DNA of 29,560 nucleotides from Burkholderiales bacterium (GCA_043736195.1 JAYTDE010000169.1:1-29560), one strand, 5' to 3'. Positions 8,801 through 17,392 are shown, counted from the first letter of the stretch. The notes: generated by a model from the letters alone, not told the origin. Program-made: numbers and translations.

Positions 8801-10201
8801 GGCCTGCACACCGAACTGCGCGCCTATCAGCATGAAGGCTTCGCCTGGATGGCGCGTCTGGCGCATGCCGGTCTGGGCGCCTGCCTGGCCGACGACATGG
8901 GCCTGGGCAAAACCATCCAGACCCTGGCGCTGTTGCTGCGGCGTGCCGGCGACGGACCCGCACTGGTGCTGGCGCCCACCTCGGTGTGCCCCAACTGGCT
9001 GGCCGAGACACTCAAATTCGCGCCGGCGCTCAACCCGCGCCTGTACAGCGAGTACGACGACGCCGGGCGTGCCGCGCTGGTCGGCAATGCCGGCCCCTAC
9101 GACGTGATCATCGCCTCCTACGCCATGGCGCACGGCGAGAATTCACAGCTTGGCACGCGCGCCTGGGGCACCCTGGTACTGGACGAAGCGCAGGCGCTGA
9201 AAAACGCCGCCACCCAGCGCGCTCGTGCAGTAGCGGGGCTTGCGGCCGGCTTTCGCCTGGCCTTGTCCGGCACGCCGGTGGAAAACCGCCTGGCCGACCT
9301 GTGGTCGATCATGAACCTGATCAACCCTGGGCTACTCGGCACGGCCAACCAGTTCAACGAACGCTTCACCGGACCGATCGAGAAAGACCGCGACAACGTC
9401 ACGCGGCAGCGCCTGCGGCGCCTGGTGTCGCCGTTTCTGCTTAGGCGTACCAAGGCGCAGGTGCTGCAAGACCTGCCACCGCGCACCGAGATCATCCATC
9501 GCGTCGAGCCATCGGAACAGGAGCGCAACTTCCTCGAAGCCCTGCGGCGCAGCGCCAGCGAGCGCGTCAAGGACCTCGATGCGCAGGAAGGCGACGCCTC
9601 CTCATTCCATGTGCTGGCCGAATTGACGCGCCTGCGGCGCGCCGCCTGCGACCCGCGACTGGTGGCGCCGGAGCTGGGGATCGTCGGCGCCAAGGCGCAG
9701 GCTTTCGAGCAGATCGTGCGCGAACTGGTCGATGGCCAGCACAAGGCGCTGGTGTTCAGCCAGTTCACCAGCTTCCTGAAACTCTTGGCCGAGCGCCTCG
9801 ATAGCAGCGGCATCGCCTACCAGTATCTCGACGGCGCCACGCCTGCGCCTGAGCGCGCCCGCCGGGTGCAGGCGTTTCAGCGTGGCGAAGGTGAAGTGTT
9901 CTTGTTAAGCCTCAAAGCCGGCGGCTTCGGGCTCAATCTGACCGCCGCGGATTACGTGATCATCGTCGACCCCTGGTGGAATCCCGCGGCGGAGGATCAG
10001 GCCATGGGCCGCGCCCATCGCATCGGCCAGGAGCGGCCGGTGACGGTGTATCGGCTGGTGACCGCCGGCTCGATTGAAGAGCGGATTGTCGAACTGCACC
10101 ACGACAAGCGCAGTTTGGCGGATGGGATTCTGGAAGGGCAGGAGGATGCGACACCGATTTCGGCGCAGGTGTTGCGGGAGTTGTTGCTGGAGGGGGATTG
10201 A
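5822..10201 (+). CDS. Large SNF2/SWI2-family (SF2) helicase-like ATPase with a long N-terminal extension
   Basis: Motifs LADDMGLGKT, LVLDEAQALKN, LSGTPVENRLADLWS, FLLRRTK, LVFSQFT, SLKAGGFGLNLTAAD and DPWWNPAAEDQAMGRAHRIGQ. Start uncertain (in-frame starts at 5804, 5822, 5852, 5879). Confidence 0.92.
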   Translation: MKKSSDKTQVMITTVGGKTMTAADWMRKAKRNAVTVEAVPVPAAPPPKADPASQARDIEAVFDALVVGGCPRGKTWVMNFLKASGYRHARGTLLSNTEVTLALQQLVADGRIGHEEGFGFDVPQESRGARLPTLLMGEHAAVLWRWSLWAAGPAYGEPDALPAWVHFRSRDEMVAVTRLVLYGGGLSLPAYARLSNSTLRAAAERGVLMRALTEPFMPDLFERIDGALRLELINTIDPLEGNVGAAPLYAWIGAWIDRAPAEVPLHLCYRVIEARMHALDLPGMQAALAIHARTPVHDLFGAAEAVLAGRWPEAAAAFAAAYKTLLTSAGVRRAAAPMGLVWIYLVALMAQHAPAAWTVARKFAITESGSRKPSVHDVWGRWAHAAAVRLGDETLDPEAFAPRKTEYEDLHFGNPVDAAHRLLLAAWLALPAGAWTATHVSCLLETLVETRRYWLAALVAQACVRLQQGPLPYKLTLPPNLPQPAAVFGATREPWRDALAAITALGEGAAAAKPGAQESTTLVWQLHLDSEGRIEGVVPFERTRGARGFGQPREISLARVKKHPRLDPRDAAVARAIDSERGSAQLWIDPVAAVQAMVQHPTLMFADAPGQWVELSEALPALEVRRRSATTAGDAATLGAGHKPQDSAGDSFVFRIDPPLLAKSEPAAIRYLRARSYEEAVERQNSVRIVRDTPDRARLIRITAAQRRVAELIAKDWAVPVDAREELDAALRVLSGHFQLHSDAAAGEEVPGEARLRAQLSPLGDGLQLRLVVMPFGSFGPAVAPGAGRERLMTLHQGLSLTTQRELALEVAHWRAVVEALPFLDDGSAPDAGWLLDDPEQALRVVEVLPGLPAVAALDWPRGKPLRVVTVDSASLGVQVTSGRDWFALEGEVRVDEARVLSLTRMLELARESKSRFVALGDGEYLALSERLRRQLADLQAAGRADKETLKLPLAAAAWLDTNLEGANIGGDSAWRRRISALAGAAALEPVVEGLHTELRAYQHEGFAWMARLAHAGLGACLADDMGLGKTIQTLALLLRRAGDGPALVLAPTSVCPNWLAETLKFAPALNPRLYSEYDDAGRAALVGNAGPYDVIIASYAMAHGENSQLGTRAWGTLVLDEAQALKNAATQRARAVAGLAAGFRLALSGTPVENRLADLWSIMNLINPGLLGTANQFNERFTGPIEKDRDNVTRQRLRRLVSPFLLRRTKAQVLQDLPPRTEIIHRVEPSEQERNFLEALRRSASERVKDLDAQEGDASSFHVLAELTRLRRAACDPRLVAPELGIVGAKAQAFEQIVRELVDGQHKALVFSQFTSFLKLLAERLDSSGIAYQYLDGATPAPERARRVQAFQRGEGEVFLLSLKAGGFGLNLTAADYVIIVDPWWNPAAEDQAMGRAHRIGQERPVTVYRLVTAGSIEERIVELHHDKRSLADGILEGQEDATPISAQVLRELLLEGD

Positions 10202-10400
10202 AGGGCGGCGGGCAAGGCAAAAGTAATTGAACAACTGACTGGCTTCGAGCCGGTACTGGCATGCGTGCAGTCCTCAACGGGGAGGCGGGCGCACGGTGCG
10301 ACTGAATCGATCCCGCTCGCCGCGACCTTTCCGAATGCGCCTGTGTGACACAATCGCGTTCAACATCGTTCAACGCTATTTACGGGTTCCTGGAGGTGCC

Positions 10401-10661
10401 ATGTCGTCTGTTCTGGTTTCGAGCAAGGGTCAGGTGGTTATTCCCGCAGCGATTCGGCGCAGGCTCAACATCACGCCTGGCAGCGTTGTCGATGTCGAGG
10501 CGGTTGACAACAAAATCGAGATATCGGTGCGACAGGCGCGATCCGCCACAACCCATGCCACAGGCTTCGGGATGTTGCGTTACAGCGGCAAGCCCAGGAA
10601 TCTTTCCGAGTTCGATGTAGCCAAGGCGATGAAGGTGGCGCGCCAGCGTTCCGCAAAATGA
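10401..10661 (+). CDS. vapB: AbrB/MazE/SpoVT-fold antitoxin (VapB-like)
   Basis: GGAGG RBS then ATG at 10401; MSSVLVSSKGQVVIPAAIRRRLNITPG is an AbrB signature; ATGA overlap with the PIN gene. Confidence 0.85.
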   Translation: MSSVLVSSKGQVVIPAAIRRRLNITPGSVVDVEAVDNKIEISVRQARSATTHATGFGMLRYSGKPRNLSEFDVAKAMKVARQRSAK

Positions 10662-11077
10662 ACGCGGTCGATACCAACATCCTGGCGCGCTTTTATGTGG
10701 ACGACCCCGCCGACCCCGAGGCTGCGCGCCAGCGCCCGATCGCACGACGGATCATGGAGAAAAGCACCGCGATTCATGTTTCGCTAACAGTGATTCTGGA
10801 GCTGGTCTGGGTCTTGACCGGGCACTACGATTTCGACCCTGACGAATGCGCCAGCGTCATCGAGCATCTCGCCGGCCTGCCAAACGTGCGCCTCGCCCGC
10901 GAGAGCGAGGTGCTGGAGGCAGTGCGCCTGTATCGTGGCAAGCTTGATTTCGCCGATGCGATGCATGTCAGTCTTGCAGGCCACTGTGACCGCTTTCTGA
11001 CATTCGACGACAAGCGCTTCGCGCGCCGCGCGGCCAGGCTTGGTGCGGCCACGCTGGTCGAAGTGCCACGCATCTGA
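10658..11077 (+). CDS. vapC: PIN-domain toxin (VapC-like)
   Basis: MNAVDTNILARF...VILELVWVL...DFADAMH...FLTFDDK: the four PIN acidic residues are present; coupled to the antitoxin gene. Confidence 0.88.
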   Translation: MNAVDTNILARFYVDDPADPEAARQRPIARRIMEKSTAIHVSLTVILELVWVLTGHYDFDPDECASVIEHLAGLPNVRLARESEVLEAVRLYRGKLDFADAMHVSLAGHCDRFLTFDDKRFARRAARLGAATLVEVPRI

Positions 11078-11244
11078 AAACGCCGACGCGGCGTGTATGG
11101 CCTTGTTCTGAAGCCAGCCGATAGCAAGACTGGGAGAAATTACGTTGGGCGCGGTTTCTTGGAGTCGCTCAGACTCTCAAGATCGGCTAAATCCTTGTGG
11201 CGGCCGGTGGCTCGCTTGTTGAATCGAAAAGGAAGACCAACGAT

Positions 11245-12216
11245 ATGCGTAGCGCATCGGTTCGATTTGTCTTGAGCATGTTCGCTCTGGCCTGCACCAG
11301 CTCAGCAAGCGCCCAATTCTGGCCCCAGGCCAAGCCAATCAAGCTGACCATCGCCTTCGGCCCCGGCTCGGCCAGCGACATCTTCGCGCGCATGGTGGGC
11401 GAGCCGCTGCAAAAGGCACTGGGGCAGGCGGTGATCGTGGAAAGCAAGCCCGGCGCCGGCGGGCAGATCGCGGCGGAGTATGTGGCGCGCGCGCCGGCGG
11501 ATGGCTACACGCTGTTTGTCACCACCAACACCACGCATTCGGCCAACCCGTACCTGTTCAAGAAGCTCTCCTACGATCCCGTAAGGGACTTCACGCCGGT
11601 GGCGCGGATTGGCTACTTTCCGTTCGTGTTGCTGATCAACTCGCAGTTGCCGGTCGCAAGCGTGCAGGAACTGATCGCTTACGGCCGCGCCAACCCCGCG
11701 ACCATCAGTTACGCCTACACCAGCAGTGCCGGCCAGGTCGCGGCTGCGGCCTTGAGCAATGCCACGAAGATGGGTGCGGTGGCAGTCGCATACAAGGCGG
11801 CGCCGGAAGCGATGACAAGCGTAGCCAGCGGGCAGGTGACGTTCACCGTGCTCGATTTCGCCACCAGCATGCCGCTGGTGAAGGCGGGCAGGCTCAGGGC
11901 GCTGGCGGTGACACCGGACAAGCGGACCTCGCTGGCGCCGCAATTACCCACCGTGGGCGAGGCGGCCGGGTTGCCGGACTTCGGCGTCACGGCATGGATG
12001 GGCGTGTTCGGCCCGGCCGGCATGCCGGTGGCCATCACCGAAAAGCTCAGCAGCGAAATTGCGAAGATCCTTGCCAACACCGCATTGCAGGAGAGGTTCG
12101 TTTCGATGGGTGTCGAACCAGCACCTGCCGGCCCGCAGGAATTTCAGGCCTTCGTCAAGGATCAACTCGGCGTTTGGGAGCGACAAATCGGCATCGCGGG
12201 TATGAAGCCCGAATGA
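11245..12216 (+). CDS. Bug/TctC tripartite tricarboxylate transporter substrate-binding protein (copy 1)
   Basis: Signal peptide; WPQAKPIKLTIAFGPGSASD, VIVESKPGAGG, APADGYTL, YDPVRDFTPV, GRLRALAVT, PTVGEAAG. ATG at 11245 with AGGAAG upstream. Confidence 0.9.
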   Translation: MRSASVRFVLSMFALACTSSASAQFWPQAKPIKLTIAFGPGSASDIFARMVGEPLQKALGQAVIVESKPGAGGQIAAEYVARAPADGYTLFVTTNTTHSANPYLFKKLSYDPVRDFTPVARIGYFPFVLLINSQLPVASVQELIAYGRANPATISYAYTSSAGQVAAAALSNATKMGAVAVAYKAAPEAMTSVASGQVTFTVLDFATSMPLVKAGRLRALAVTPDKRTSLAPQLPTVGEAAGLPDFGVTAWMGVFGPAGMPVAITEKLSSEIAKILANTALQERFVSMGVEPAPAGPQEFQAFVKDQLGVWERQIGIAGMKPE

Positions 12217-12232
12217 TCATCGGGGCAGCACA

Positions 12233-12304
12233 ATGAATACGTTCGACAGCAAGGTGGCGCTGGTCGACAGCGGCAATGCCGGGCGCATGTCGCGGAACTG
12301 CTGA
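12233..12304 (+). pseudogene. Probable N-terminal remnant of a short-chain dehydrogenase/reductase
   Basis: Hand translation MNTFDSKVALVDSGNAGRMSRNC* resembles the SDR start MxxFxGKVALVTGGxxGIG; begins 16 nt after the Bug1 stop. Confidence 0.45.
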
Positions 12305-12361
12305 TTCTGCAAACTTTTGAGACGGGCCGCGCCAGCGTTCATGCTTGCCAGGCCCACTCCT

Positions 12362-13228
12362 TCAGGCTCGCCCGACACTTTCCAGAAACGCCTGAAACTG
12401 GCGCGCTGTCGTCAGCACCGTCTCTGCTGAACCCACGCCTTCGGTCTCGGCAAACTGTGCCGTTGGGAGCAGGGCGCGCACCTGTTCAAAGTATTCGAAC
12501 AACATATCGCCACGGGCGCAGGCGATCAGGGTCGGCACCCGCACCAGGGGAATCCGCTCTTCCTTGCGATAGCGCATCGCCGCACGGTAGGCCAGGTGAA
12601 ATGTTCGTGCGCCCTTGAGCACTTCCACCGTCTTGTCGTGCAGCGCCTGCGCATCCGGCAAGCCGCCCTTGCGGCGATGCGCGGCGTCCTGCTTGTACCA
12701 GGGCCAGAAGAGATAAGCGTCGCGCACGAAATGCCACAGCAGGTTGAACTGGCTGCCTTGCGCATCGATGCCGACCTTGGGCACATAGTTGGCCACCAGA
12801 TCGGCCTGCAGGGTCTCGCCATAGAGCGAGACGCCGTCGAGGATCATTGCACCGACCCGTGCCGGTCGCGCGATGGCGATCTCGATGGCGATGTTGGCGC
12901 CGGTGTGGGTACCGTAGAGGTCGCAGGCGCTGATGCCCAGCGCATCGAGTGCGCGCATGTGCGCGTCGGCAAAGTAGGCCAGGTCCACTTGATCATTGGC
13001 GGGCGCGGCGGAGTCGCCGTTGCCCAAGGTGTCCAACGCGATCACGTGTCGCTCTCGCCCCAGTACGTGCAGCAGTGGTTCGAGCGTCAGTGCAGAGGCG
13101 GGTGAGGCGTGAAACATCACCAGTGGCAGGTGGGCCGTGTACTGCCAACCAGCTTCCCGGTAATGGACCTGGCCTTCGGCGATTTCAACAAACCCGCGGC
13201 GCACGCGGGCATCGGCGTTCTGCTGCAT
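12362..13228 (-). CDS. Alpha/beta hydrolase-fold protein with a non-canonical nucleophile elbow
   Basis: ATG at 13228 with AGGAG RBS; RRGFVEIAEGQVHYREAG, LVMFHASP, VIALDTLGNGDS, LYGTHTGA, RVPTLIACARGD. Confidence 0.85.
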   Translation of the reverse strand: MQQNADARVRRGFVEIAEGQVHYREAGWQYTAHLPLVMFHASPASALTLEPLLHVLGRERHVIALDTLGNGDSAAPANDQVDLAYFADAHMRALDALGISACDLYGTHTGANIAIEIAIARPARVGAMILDGVSLYGETLQADLVANYVPKVGIDAQGSQFNLLWHFVRDAYLFWPWYKQDAAHRRKGGLPDAQALHDKTVEVLKGARTFHLAYRAAMRYRKEERIPLVRVPTLIACARGDMLFEYFEQVRALLPTAQFAETEGVGSAETVLTTARQFQAFLESVGRA

Positions 13229-13463
13229 GGGTGTGTTACTCCTGAGATTTCCCGCTGCGGGCGGCAATACGGGGCGCAAGTTGGCCAAGCTTATCAGGCA
13301 GCAGAGAAAGGACTGTTTCGAACCCGCGCTCGCGCGCATGTTGAACCATGCCGGCGAGCAATCGGAAGCGATTGACTGCGCGACCCGGTGTCAACCATAC
13401 TCACCAAACGAGGCCGCCTGGATTTCAATTCCCAGGACAAGGCCCGACATGGAGACCACGACA

Positions 13464-14438
13464 ATGCACAGCACAATCAAACGACTTGCGGCAATAGCCG
13501 GCGCGGCTTTGCTGACAACCCTGCCGGCCACCGCACAAGACTACCCCGCACGCAACATCCGCATCGTTTCACCCTCCGCCCCCGGCGGCATCACCGACCT
13601 CATCGCACGTCTGGTAGCCGATCGCATCGCGACGTCGATGAAGGTGCCGGTGATCGTGGAAAACAAGCCCGGCGGCACCGGCGCGGTGGCCCTGGATTTC
13701 GTGTCCAAGGCGCCGGCGGACGGCTACACGCTGGTGGTCGGCTTCACCGGCGCCAACGTGATCTACCCGCGGCTCAATCCCAAGCTGGCATTCAACGCGC
13801 AAAAGGACTTCACCCCCATCAGCATTGTGTTTACCGGTGCCAACGTGCTGGTGGTGCATCCGTCGGTGCCGGTCAACAACACCCGCGAGTTCATAGCCTA
13901 CGTGAAGGCGTAGCCCAAGCCGCCCAGCTACGGCTCCTGGGGCCCGGGCTCGGGCGGGCATCTGGCCGGCGAAACCCTGAAGATGCTCACCGGGATCGAC
14001 ATGGTGCACATACCCTACAAGACGACCACGGCGCTCACCACCGATCTGGTCGGCGGCCACATGACGCTGGCCTTCCTCGACTCGTTTAACGCGATTTCCC
14101 AGGCCCGCTCGGGCAAGCTGCGCGCACTGGCGCAGGCCGGGCCGAAGCGCTCGCCCATGCTGCCCAACGTGCCCACGCTGCAGGAGGAAGGGGTGCAGTT
14201 TTCCACCGGCGCGTGGATCGGATTCTTCGGCCCCGCCGGCCTGCCACGCGCAATCGTCACCCGCTTGAATGCCGAGATCAACCAGTTGCTGGCCGCGCCC
14301 GACCTGGCCGAGCGCTGGCTCAACATCAGCGGCTATGCGCCGACGCCGATGAAGCCCGAGGAATTCGAGCGCATCATCGTGCAGGACTGGGAAGCATTGA
14401 AAAGGGTCATCGCCGAGGCGAAGATCAAGACGGAATGA
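13464..14438 (+). pseudogene. Bug/TctC substrate-binding protein (copy 2) interrupted by an in-frame TAG at 13911-13913
   Basis: ORFs 13227..13913 and 13983..14438 are in the same frame. Reading through gives ...FIAYVKA*PKPPSYGSWGPGSGGHLAGETLKMLTGIDMVHIPYK..., a continuous Bug sequence. ATG at 13464 with GGAG RBS. Confidence 0.88.
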
Positions 14439-14454
14439 GCCGGAGTCCCGTCGC

Positions 14455-15987
14455 ATGAAATGTGTGTTCCTGCTGTTCGATTCGCTCAACCGCCATGCGC
14501 TATCCTGCTATGCGGAGAACACCATCCCCACGCCCAACTTCGCGCGGCTGGCACAGCGCTCGACGGTGTTCGAGCGTCATTTCGTCGGCAGCCTGCCGTG
14601 CATGCCGGCGCGACGCGACATCCAGACCGGGCGGCTCAACTTCCTGCACCGCGGCTGGGGACCACTGGAGCCTTTCGACCATTCGCTGGCGGCGATCCTG
14701 CGCGACAGCGGCATTACCACCCACCTGATCACCGACCACTACCATTACTTCGAGGACGGCGGCGCCGGCTTTCACGGGCGCTTCTCGTCTTGGGAATTCA
14801 TCCGCGGCCAGGAGAAGGACAAATGGCGGCCGCCGCTCGGGCCCGCGCCCGAGCGCTGGGCGGCGCGCTTCGACGAACGGCAGCATGACTTCGCGCCCGA
14901 CATCAATTCCAAGCTGCCCTATTACATCAACCGCGATCACCTGGAGGCCACCGGCGCGTTTCCGCTGGCACAATGCTTCGATGCCGCGCGCGGCTTTCTT
15001 GACGCACAGCACGCCCGCGACGACTGGTTCCTGCATCTCGAATGCTTCGACCCGCATGAACCGTTTTTCGCACCGGAACGTTTTCTCACCGATTTTCCCG
15101 AGGCGCTGGGCGGCAAGATTTTCGATTGGCCGACCTATGGGCACAACGACCTCGACCCCGCGCTGCTCTCCGCCCTGCGCGCCAACTACCACGCGCTGGT
15201 GACGGCCTGCGACCACTATCTGGGGCAGTTGCTCGACTGCTTCGATCGCCACGACCTGTGGCGCGATACCTGGCTTGTGATGTCGACCGACCATGGCCTG
15301 CTGCTGGGCGAGAAGGAACTGCTGGGCAAGAACCGTCCGCCCTTCTACAACGAGATCGCGCACATTCCGCTGACCATCGCGGCGCCGCGTGCCAGCGGCC
15401 TTAAGCCCGGCCGCTCGCAGGCGCTGACCCAGGCCATCGACCTGATGCCAACGGTGCTGGACATCTTCGGCCGCGCGGTGCCGCCGGAGGTCACCGGAAA
15501 GAGCCTGGTGCCCGCGCTCGGTGGGCGGACAGCGGTGCGCGCAACCGGCTGCATCTTCGGCCAGTTTGGCGCGGCGATTAACTACACCGACGGGCGCTAC
15601 GCGTATTTCCTCTATCCGCGCGAGCCTTTCGAGACCGACTTGTTCCAATACACGCTGAGCCCCTCGCACATGCGCAGCTTTTTCGAGGCCGTCGAGTTCA
15701 CCGATGCGCAGGTGGTGCGCGGCCTGTCGTTCACCCGCGGCTACCCGGTGTGGCGCCTGCCGGTGCAAAAGGACGCCGCCGCCAACATGACGCGCCGCTA
15801 CCCGCTGATCGATGCGCATGACGCGCTGTTCGACCTTGACGTGGACCCGGCGCAGCGCGCGCCGCTTGACGATCCGGCGACCGCGGCACGCATGCGCGCG
15901 GCGATTGCCGCGCTGATGCAGGCAAACGATGCGCCGGCGGAGATGTTCGCGCGCTATGGCCTCACGCCGCCACCTGGCGCCGCATGA
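14455..15987 (+). CDS. Cys-type (formylglycine-dependent) sulfatase
   Basis: FLLFDSLNRH, CMPAR (CxPxR), TDHYHY, FDPHEPF, MSTDHG, HIPL. No signal peptide apparent. Confidence 0.9.
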   Translation: MKCVFLLFDSLNRHALSCYAENTIPTPNFARLAQRSTVFERHFVGSLPCMPARRDIQTGRLNFLHRGWGPLEPFDHSLAAILRDSGITTHLITDHYHYFEDGGAGFHGRFSSWEFIRGQEKDKWRPPLGPAPERWAARFDERQHDFAPDINSKLPYYINRDHLEATGAFPLAQCFDAARGFLDAQHARDDWFLHLECFDPHEPFFAPERFLTDFPEALGGKIFDWPTYGHNDLDPALLSALRANYHALVTACDHYLGQLLDCFDRHDLWRDTWLVMSTDHGLLLGEKELLGKNRPPFYNEIAHIPLTIAAPRASGLKPGRSQALTQAIDLMPTVLDIFGRAVPPEVTGKSLVPALGGRTAVRATGCIFGQFGAAINYTDGRYAYFLYPREPFETDLFQYTLSPSHMRSFFEAVEFTDAQVVRGLSFTRGYPVWRLPVQKDAAANMTRRYPLIDAHDALFDLDVDPAQRAPLDDPATAARMRAAIAALMQANDAPAEMFARYGLTPPPGAA

Positions 15988-16132
15988 ACGGGTGCGGTGC
16001 CGCCCGTCCGCGCAGGGACGCGATGCCCGAATCGAGCGCCGCGTCATTGGCTGGCCCGCGCGCGGCCCGGGCGAAACGACACTTTTACCTGCATGCGTAT
16101 TCAAACCCGTCGCACCAAAGGAGACCTTGACC

Positions 16133-17098
16133 ATGAAAGCACTGCATACGATCCTTGCCACCGCCGTCTTGCTGGCCGGCGGCTGGGCCCAGGCGCAGAC
16201 CTGGCCCGACCGCACGCTGCAACTGGTGGTCGGCTTTCCGCCCGGTGGCGGGGTCGACATCGTCGCGCGGCAGCTGGCCGACAAGTTGTCGGAGCAACTC
16301 GGCCAGCGGGTGGCTGTGGAGAATCGCGCTGGCGCCAATGGCAACGTGGCCATGGAATATGTGGCGCGCGCGCGGCCGGACGGTTACACGCTCTTGGCCG
16401 GCAATGTGGGCAACCTGGCGATCAACCCGGCGCTGTATTCAAAGTTGAGTTTCGATACGCAGAAGGACTTCGCGCCGATCTCGCGCGTGATCGTGCAGCC
16501 GATTGTCGCGGTGGTGCCGGCCAGCTCGCCGATCACCAACCTGGCGCAACTGCTGGCCGCCCTGCGCGCCAAACCCGGCGACTTCAACTTCGGCTCCGGC
16601 GGCAACGGCAACATCAACCACCTGTCCGGCGAATTGCTCAAGCTGCAGGCCGGCGTGCAGATCACCCACGTGCCCTACAAGGGCAGCGCACCGGCGGTCG
16701 CCGACCTGGTTGCCGGGCGTGTGCAACTGATGATCGACGGTGCCAACGTGGTGCAGCCCTTCGTGCGTGATGGCCGCCTGCGCGCGCTCTACAGCACCGG
16801 CGAGGCACGCGCGCCGGCATTTCCCGATGTGCCGACCGCGCGCGAGGCCGGCCTGCCGGACATGGTGATCTACGGCTGGCAGGGCGTGCTGGCGCCGACC
16901 GGCACACCCACGGCGATCATCGAGCGCATGAGCTACGAAATCGCCCGCGCACTGGCACAGCCGGAGCTGCGCAACCGCCTGGCCTCGCAAGGCACCGACC
17001 CCGCACCGCTGGCACCGGCGCAATTCCAGGCCTTCATGGCCGCCGAGCACAAGCGCTATGGCGAGGTGGTGCGGGGCGCAAAGATTTCGCTCGATTAG
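16133..17098 (+). CDS. Bug/TctC substrate-binding protein (copy 3)
   Basis: AAAGGAGA RBS, ATG at 16133; signal peptide; TWPDRTLQLVVGFPPGGGVD, VENRAGANG, PDGYTLL, HVPYKGSAPA. Confidence 0.9.
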   Translation: MKALHTILATAVLLAGGWAQAQTWPDRTLQLVVGFPPGGGVDIVARQLADKLSEQLGQRVAVENRAGANGNVAMEYVARARPDGYTLLAGNVGNLAINPALYSKLSFDTQKDFAPISRVIVQPIVAVVPASSPITNLAQLLAALRAKPGDFNFGSGGNGNINHLSGELLKLQAGVQITHVPYKGSAPAVADLVAGRVQLMIDGANVVQPFVRDGRLRALYSTGEARAPAFPDVPTAREAGLPDMVIYGWQGVLAPTGTPTAIIERMSYEIARALAQPELRNRLASQGTDPAPLAPAQFQAFMAAEHKRYGEVVRGAKISLD

Positions 17099-17100
17099 AG

Positions 17101-17145
17101 GGGCATGGCGGTTGGCGCTGGCGCCTGTACTGCGCCAATGTGCCC
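17101..17145 (+). terminator. Imperfect hairpin just after Bug3, at the border of the defence island
   Basis: GGGCA (17101-17105) pairs with TGCCC (17141-17145); TTGGCGC (17112-17118) pairs with GCGCCAA (17132-17138). No U-tract. Confidence 0.3.
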
Positions 17146-17320
17146 GTCGTACCGTGCAGTCCATCATGGTCACGAACCGGTCAAACACGCTCCCGTTGGC
17201 AAAATCCAAGTGCAGGGTGGAAACGGTTGAAGTAGCTGCGCGCTTTACCTATGCAGCCAAAAAGTGCCGAGACTCGGATTGCACACCGGTATCGGCCAAT
17301 TCAGGAGCCAAAGTCCAGCA

Positions 17321-17390
17321 TAATTGGGGGTAAATGAGTGTGAAATTGGTTGCAACACTTAATCGGGTGTAATTGGGTGTAGTATTGGTT
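17321..17390 (+). promoter_or_regulatory. Tandem 10-bp direct repeats upstream of the fic gene (candidate operator)
   Basis: AATCGGGTGT AATTGGGTGT at 17361-17380, with related copies TAATTGGGGGTAA (17321-17333), AATTGGTTGC (17344-17353) and TATTGGTT (17383-17390). Confidence 0.4.
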
Positions 17391-17392
17391 CC

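Noticed and set aside
5735-9813. Several long minus-strand ORFs (e.g. 5735..6712, 8039..9133, 9118..9813)
   Set aside because: Shadows of the SNF2 gene.
11080-11094. Hairpin ACGCCG-acg-CGGCGT after vapC as an intrinsic terminator
   Set aside because: Short stem, 3-nt loop and no U-tract on the plus strand.
13911-13913. Pyrrolysine or programmed amber recoding of the Bug2 TAG
   Set aside because: No pyl genes in the window, all other genes use normal stops, and the position is not catalytic; a nonsense mutation or error is simpler.
14500-17209. Minus-strand ORFs 14500..16353 (617 aa) and 16439..17209
   Set aside because: Antisense to the sulfatase and Bug3, which carry clear family motifs; no motifs of their own.
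17146-17333. Possible att site, tRNA fragment or gene remnant at the left island border
   Set aside because: No tRNA-like structure, integrase or matching repeat found in the window; hand translations on both strands were not recognisable.
17321-17390. CRISPR or iteron interpretation of the repeats upstream of fic
   Set aside because: Units are only 10 bp, degenerate and without spacers; no cas or rep gene nearby.
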